Program-made: the position numbers and the translations under genes
The notes under the pieces: model-generated
What the model saw: only the letters and a program-made list of their open reading frames with translations
Told to the model about the DNA's origin: nothing
Database searches by the model: none
Origin: an uncultured Rhodospirillales bacterium
GTDB lineage: Bacteria; Pseudomonadota; Alphaproteobacteria; ATCC43930; CGMCC-115725
Assembly: GCA_903822185.1 (NCBI GenBank)
Contig: CAIJOA010000049.1
Coordinates: forward strand, 432 to 64,431
Length of the DNA: 64,000 nt
Direction of reading: 5' to 3'
Part shown: piece after piece, positions 59,825-64,000 of the stretch
Layout of the letters: every line of letters starts with the position of its first letter
Position numbering within the stretch: position 1 is the first letter of the stretch

Positions 59825-60861
59825 TGGACAAGATTCCGCCGCGGTATAATTCGGGCATTCAGCGATCGAAGGGACTGCTCGAGATCGCTTCGGCGCTTTA
59901 CGAGACATCGCTGTCGCGCGAACGGACGCGCGGCGGCACGCCCGCGCCGCAGATCGATTCCCGTCTCGGCACACGGTTGTCTCTGCGCATCGATGCCAAG
60001 GAAGATTCACCCGAGGCGCGCGGCGTCGGCGTCTCTTTTGGCGCTGGCGGTTTCTGCGACAACATCATGCAGGTCGCGCGGCAGGAAATGTCGCTGCTGT
60101 GGATGAATCCGAATGCGCCGCTGGCGATGGCCTATAAAGGCTGCGCGCCGTTTCCTTCGCCGTTGCCGTTACGCGCGCTGGCGGTCTTTCCGTCCTGGGA
60201 CGCGGTCGTCATCGCGGTGCATCAATCGACCGGCATCACCTCGATCGAACAGATCAAGGAACGGCGTTATCCCTTGCGCGTCTCGACCCGCGCAACGATT
60301 GTCCCGCCGTTCGATGAAGACGTGACGATGTTCGCGGTGAATACGATTTTGAACGCCGCCGGATTTTCGCTCGACGATATTCGCACCTGGGGGGGGGCGG
60401 TCGCGACCGTGCCGCGCCCCAGCCACACCGATCGTTCCGACGCCATCGCGCAAGGCACCGCCGATGCGATCTTCGACGAAGGCGTTTTGAGCTGGGGGCA
60501 GTTCGCAATCGAACGCGGCTTCCGCATCCTGCCGATCGAAGGTGCAGTGCGCGCGCGGGTCGAAGCTGCAGGCTACGACATGATCGAGGTGACGACAGAC
60601 CGGCTTCCCGGCTTGCAGCAACCGGTGACGGCCATCGATTTTTCAGGTTGGCCGATGATCGTCCATGCCGACATGCCGGACGATGTCGCCTATGCTTTGT
60701 GCGAGGCGATCGAGGCACGGCAGCTGTCGATCCCGACCGACAATTATCGTCCGCTGAATATGGCCGAGCTTTGCACGGTTGGGGACGAGCGGCCGCGCGG
60801 TGCGCCGCTGCATCCAGGCGCCGAGCGCTTTTATCGCGCGCGCGGCTACCTGAATGCGTGA
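59824..60861 (+). CDS. TAXI-family-like protein without signal peptide, paralog of 55305-56270
   Basis: I place the start at ATG 59824 (TGATG overlap). The C-terminal PLHPGAERFYRARGYL and internal RYPLRVSTR / FSGWPMIVHADMPDD parallel the other copy. Confidence 0.6.
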   Translation: MDKIPPRYNSGIQRSKGLLEIASALYETSLSRERTRGGTPAPQIDSRLGTRLSLRIDAKEDSPEARGVGVSFGAGGFCDNIMQVARQEMSLLWMNPNAPLAMAYKGCAPFPSPLPLRALAVFPSWDAVVIAVHQSTGITSIEQIKERRYPLRVSTRATIVPPFDEDVTMFAVNTILNAAGFSLDDIRTWGGAVATVPRPSHTDRSDAIAQGTADAIFDEGVLSWGQFAIERGFRILPIEGAVRARVEAAGYDMIEVTTDRLPGLQQPVTAIDFSGWPMIVHADMPDDVAYALCEAIEARQLSIPTDNYRPLNMAELCTVGDERPRGAPLHPGAERFYRARGYLNA

Positions 60862-60870
60862 TGCGGTGTC

Positions 60871-61980
60871 TTAGGCGGTAACGCCCGCCGTCGTCTTCGT
60901 GAAGCGCGGCATCACTTCGCGCGAGAACAGCTTCATCGATTCTTCCGAGATCGAACGGGTCTTGCCCGGCCATTCGCCGAGGAAGCGGACCAACAGATGG
61001 TTGATGCCGATATCGGAGAGTTCCTGCACCTTCTTGGCGACGGTGTCGGGCGTCCCGGCGATGAGGTTGAACATATCGCCACCGGCAGCATAAGCGGCGG
61101 CAGTTCCTGCACCGGGGGCACGCGCAACGACCGGACCCTGAATCTCGCCATAGCGTTCGTTGTACATGTTCCGCATCAACAGATGCTCTGCCTTGGCTTC
61201 CTTGGCGCGGGCTTGGGCTTCTTCATCCGTATCGGCGACGACGACGGCAAGCCAGTCGCAGGTGCACCAGCGCAGGCAGTCGGCGACGACTTCGGGCGAA
61301 TGGTTCGATTCCGTCAGCGCCTTGCGATAGAGCCGGAATTGATTTTCGAGCGACGATTCCGCGCTGAAGGTGCCGAGGAAGGCGGGCAGGCCTTTCTGGG
61401 CGGCCTTCATCACCGAGGCGTCGCGGCTGGCAGTGCGAATGACGGTCGGATGATGCTTGCGATAGGGCGATGGCGAGACGCGGCGTTGGATCGTGCCCTG
61501 GTAGGTCGGGGTCTCGAAGACATAAGCCGGATCGCCGGTCTTGTAGTCCCACAGGCGCTGCATGATTTCGAGCGTGTCTTCGGCGGCGCGGCCGGACTTG
61601 TGGTATTCGACATCGATGCCGAGGCCCGCCGGCTCGATCCCGGCAAAGCCGCTGCCGAGACCATAGAGCGTGCGGCCTTTGGTAAGCTGGTCTAGTTGGT
61701 TCATGCCTTCGACCAGACGGACCGGATGGTAATAGGGCAGCGACAGCACGCCGAAGCCGAGATAGCGGTCGGCCGGAATTTGCGGCGCGATATAGGCGGC
61801 GAATTGCAGCGGGCTGCTATGCCACGAACCGCGGAAATGATGCTCGGTGAACCAGGGGTTGAAGCCTAGCTTGGCGGCCAACAGGCTCTGTTCCACCGCG
61901 ATCCCGAGGACGCGTTCGTCCTGCTCGGGGGTGTCTTCCACCGCGATGTACATGGTCAGCACCATCGTCGAGAAATCCAT
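60871..61980 (-). CDS. Luciferase-like (LLM class) flavin-dependent monooxygenase
   Basis: 369 aa. FNPWFTEHHF...VRLVEGMNQLDQLTKGRTLYGLGSGF is the LLM pattern. Confidence 0.75.
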   Translation of the reverse strand: MDFSTMVLTMYIAVEDTPEQDERVLGIAVEQSLLAAKLGFNPWFTEHHFRGSWHSSPLQFAAYIAPQIPADRYLGFGVLSLPYYHPVRLVEGMNQLDQLTKGRTLYGLGSGFAGIEPAGLGIDVEYHKSGRAAEDTLEIMQRLWDYKTGDPAYVFETPTYQGTIQRRVSPSPYRKHHPTVIRTASRDASVMKAAQKGLPAFLGTFSAESSLENQFRLYRKALTESNHSPEVVADCLRWCTCDWLAVVVADTDEEAQARAKEAKAEHLLMRNMYNERYGEIQGPVVARAPGAGTAAAYAAGGDMFNLIAGTPDTVAKKVQELSDIGINHLLVRFLGEWPGKTRSISEESMKLFSREVMPRFTKTTAGVTA

Positions 61981-62121
61981 CGATCACTTCCTGAATTTTG
62001 GGAGGGCCTAAATTTTTAGGCGGAGGCGTTGCGCCCATTCTTACGGCTCGAGGGCGCATTTTCAATGATTGTGCCCATCGGGGGCCTCGGTCGATGCCTA
62101 CATTTATGCTATGCTGGGTTG

Positions 62122-64000
62122 ATGGACACGCATTTCGATATCGACCCTAAGAGCCCCGCCGACCTTCATCTCGCGATGACCGGCCCGTTGCCGCGAACCC
62201 CGCGGTGGATTGCGGCTTCCGGCGCGGTCACCCTGATCCTTGGGGCGGCGGCTGTCGGCTGTGTCGGGCTTCTGTTTGCACAATCGATTTCGAATACGAT
62301 TCTCGCGCCGGCGGCCGTGGTGCTGGCGACTCTGGCGCTTGGGATCGGCGTGGCGGCGATCGTCAGGCGTTATGTCCATGGTGCGATGATCGCCCGGCTC
62401 GACATTCTCAGTCAGGCGCTGGCAACGGCCAGCAACGCGCATCTCATCACCAGCGAATCGGGCGCGACCGATTATTCGAACGCCGCCTTCACGCGGTTTT
62501 TCCCGGGGCTCGTCGGGCCGCCGCTCGATGCGTTGCAGCGCCGGTTGGCGACCGATGACGGCAGCTCGGGCGATCTTGCCGCGTTGCGCCGCGACTTGGA
62601 ACAGAAGGGCCGCGCCAGCAGCCGCGTCGCGATTGCGCATCCGGCCGGACCGGTCGCCTGGTTCAGCGTGTCAGCGCATCAGTTGGCGGGGCGCGGCGGC
62701 TTGAGCTTGTGGAGTTTCGAGGACGTCACCGAACGTCACGCCATGGATCAGGAAATCCGCGACGAGCCTATGAAGCTCGCCGATTTCCTCGATCACGCGC
62801 CGATCGGATTTTATTCGGTCGATAGCGGTGGACGGTTTCTCTTCGTCAACGAGGCGCTGGCCGAATGGCTCGGCGTCGGCGCAACGGAACTTGTCGATAG
62901 CGGCGCGAAGATCGGCGATTTCCTCGCGGAACCGGCTCCGGCGGGTTTGCCGCCTTATGCACCGTTCCCCGGCGGCGAACGCGGCGAGCTGGTGCTGACA
63001 GGCCGACAGGGGCGCGTGATCCATGCCGTGATCAACCAAAGCATCGTGAAGCTCGGCGAAGGTCTGCGCACACGCTCGGTCGTGCGCGACCTAACGCCGG
63101 AACGCGACTGGCAGCAAGCCTTGCGGCAATCGCGCGAACGGTTTGAACGCTTCTTCGCCAACGCGCCGGTCGGCATCGCGTTGCTGGATCATGACGGCAA
63201 GTTCGCCGAGGCCAATGCAACGCTGGGTGCGTTCCTTGGCGCCGATCCGTCGGCGCTGATCGGCAAGACGCTATTGAGTTTTCTGTCGGAACAGGATCGC
63301 GATGATGTTGTGGCCAAGCTGAAGGCGATCGCCGGCGGTGACGTGCCGACGGGGCCGGTGGCCTTGCGGCTCAGTGGCGGCAAGTCGGCCGGCCTTGTGA
63401 TGAGCCGCGACAGCGAAGTCGGGCTCATCCTTCATTTCATCGACACGACCGAGCAGACCAAGATCGAGGCCCAATTCACCCAATCGCAGAAGATGCAGGC
63501 GGTGGGTCAGTTGGCGGGCGGCGTCGCGCACGATTTCAACAACCTGCTGACGGCGATGATCGGGTTTTGCGATCTGTTGCTGTTGCGTTTCCGTCCCGGC
63601 GATCCGTCCTTCGCCGACATCATGCAGATCAAGCAGAACGGCAATCGTGCGGCCAATCTGGTGCGGCAGTTGCTGGCTTTCTCGCGTCAGCAAACGCTGC
63701 AGCCGCGCGTCCTCAACATCACCGATGCGCTCGCCGATCTGTCGCATCTGTTGCGGCGTTTGATCGGCGAGAATATCGAATTGAGCGTCGTCCATGGCCG
63801 CGATCTCGGCTTGGTCAAAGTCGATCAGGGACAATTGGAACAAGTAATCATCAATCTTGCGGTCAATGCGCGTGACGCGATGCCCAAGGGCGGCACGCTG
63901 ACCATCCGCACCGCGAATGTCGTACTGGATGCGCCGATCCGGTGGGGTGACGAAACCATGCCGGCCGGCGACTACACCGTGCTGGCGGTCGATGACACCG
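62122..64000 (+). CDS. cckA: Cell-cycle hybrid histidine kinase CckA-like, N-terminal ~626 aa (continues beyond window end)
   Basis: Absent from the ORF track because it is open at the window end. My translation from ATG 62122 gives two TM segments, PAS-like regions, then the H-box KMQAVGQLAGGVAHDFNNLLTAMIGFCDLLL...IMQIKQNGNRAANLVRQLLAFSRQQTL and the N-box INLAVNARDAMPKGGTLTIRT, closely resembling CckA. Frame continuity was checked at 63475. Confidence 0.8.
   Translation, partial: MDTHFDIDPKSPADLHLAMTGPLPRTPRWIAASGAVTLILGAAAVGCVGLLFAQSISNTILAPAAVVLATLALGIGVAAIVRRYVHGAMIARLDILSQALATASNAHLITSESGATDYSNAAFTRFFPGLVGPPLDALQRRLATDDGSSGDLAALRRDLEQKGRASSRVAIAHPAGPVAWFSVSAHQLAGRGGLSLWSFEDVTERHAMDQEIRDEPMKLADFLDHAPIGFYSVDSGGRFLFVNEALAEWLGVGATELVDSGAKIGDFLAEPAPAGLPPYAPFPGGERGELVLTGRQGRVIHAVINQSIVKLGEGLRTRSVVRDLTPERDWQQALRQSRERFERFFANAPVGIALLDHDGKFAEANATLGAFLGADPSALIGKTLLSFLSEQDRDDVVAKLKAIAGGDVPTGPVALRLSGGKSAGLVMSRDSEVGLILHFIDTTEQTKIEAQFTQSQKMQAVGQLAGGVAHDFNNLLTAMIGFCDLLLLRFRPGDPSFADIMQIKQNGNRAANLVRQLLAFSRQQTLQPRVLNITDALADLSHLLRRLIGENIELSVVHGRDLGLVKVDQGQLEQVIINLAVNARDAMPKGGTLTIRTANVVLDAPIRWGDETMPAGDYTVLAVDDT

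Noticed and set aside
1-64000. Search for rRNA, tRNA, CRISPR arrays, transposases, integrases and intact prophage genes
   Set aside because: Visual inspection of the intergenic regions and the ORF translations found none. A tRNAscan/Infernal run would be needed to exclude small RNAs rigorously.

Overview
GC-rich DNA (about 62% in the 60-nt lines I hand-counted). By gene content and regulatory motifs it is an alphaproteobacterial chromosome segment. All family calls come from my own reading of the translated ORFs and remembered family signatures; no database search was run.

The window is dominated by a Caulobacter-type flagellar supercluster split into three blocks:
- Block 1 (1-23.1 kb): fliG (partial), fliF, a SciP/DUF1153-like gene, fliK-flgD-flgE, two tandem flagellins, flbT-flaF, a flagellin-glycosylation module (FlmG-like TPR/GT41 protein, Maf, pseB-pseC-cytidylyltransferase, plus an unassigned 291-aa axial-protein-like ORF), flgL-flgK-flgN-like-rod-binding-flgI, and divergent fliX.
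- Block 2 (26.2-35.9 kb): flgH-flgA-flgG-flgF, divergent from fliL-fliM, a membrane coiled-coil protein, motE and a 986-aa secreted TPR protein.
- Block 3 (46.6-51.6 kb): fliP-fliO and two small unknown ORFs, divergent from flgB-flgC-fliE-fliQ-fliR-flhB.

The blocks are separated by:
- an MFS transporter, dksA and a secreted aldolase;
- three orphan solute-binding proteins and three small-molecule enzymes;
- a roughly 4.6-kb low-GC degraded island (about 41.98-46.56 kb). It carries an RHH regulator, a C5-cytosine methyltransferase with an unexplained ~270-aa C-terminal domain and a PD-(D/E)XK nuclease candidate. Relics of a replication-initiator gene and of umuC sit beside it, and inverted copies of a dispersed REP-like repeat bracket it.

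The last 12 kb holds an accessory flavin-monooxygenase/UbiD/TAXI-like catabolic cluster and the 5' part of cckA.

The intergenic regions show a coherent regulatory layer:
- Four exact TTAACCAT CtrA-type motifs, one of them inside a perfect TTAA-N7-TTAAC box.
- Three strong sigma54 promoters, each 33-34 nt from its start codon.
- A recurrent GGCA-N5-TGCC palindrome clustered upstream of those promoters.

These signals also correct several start codons. I found no rRNA, tRNA, CRISPR array, transposase or integrase.
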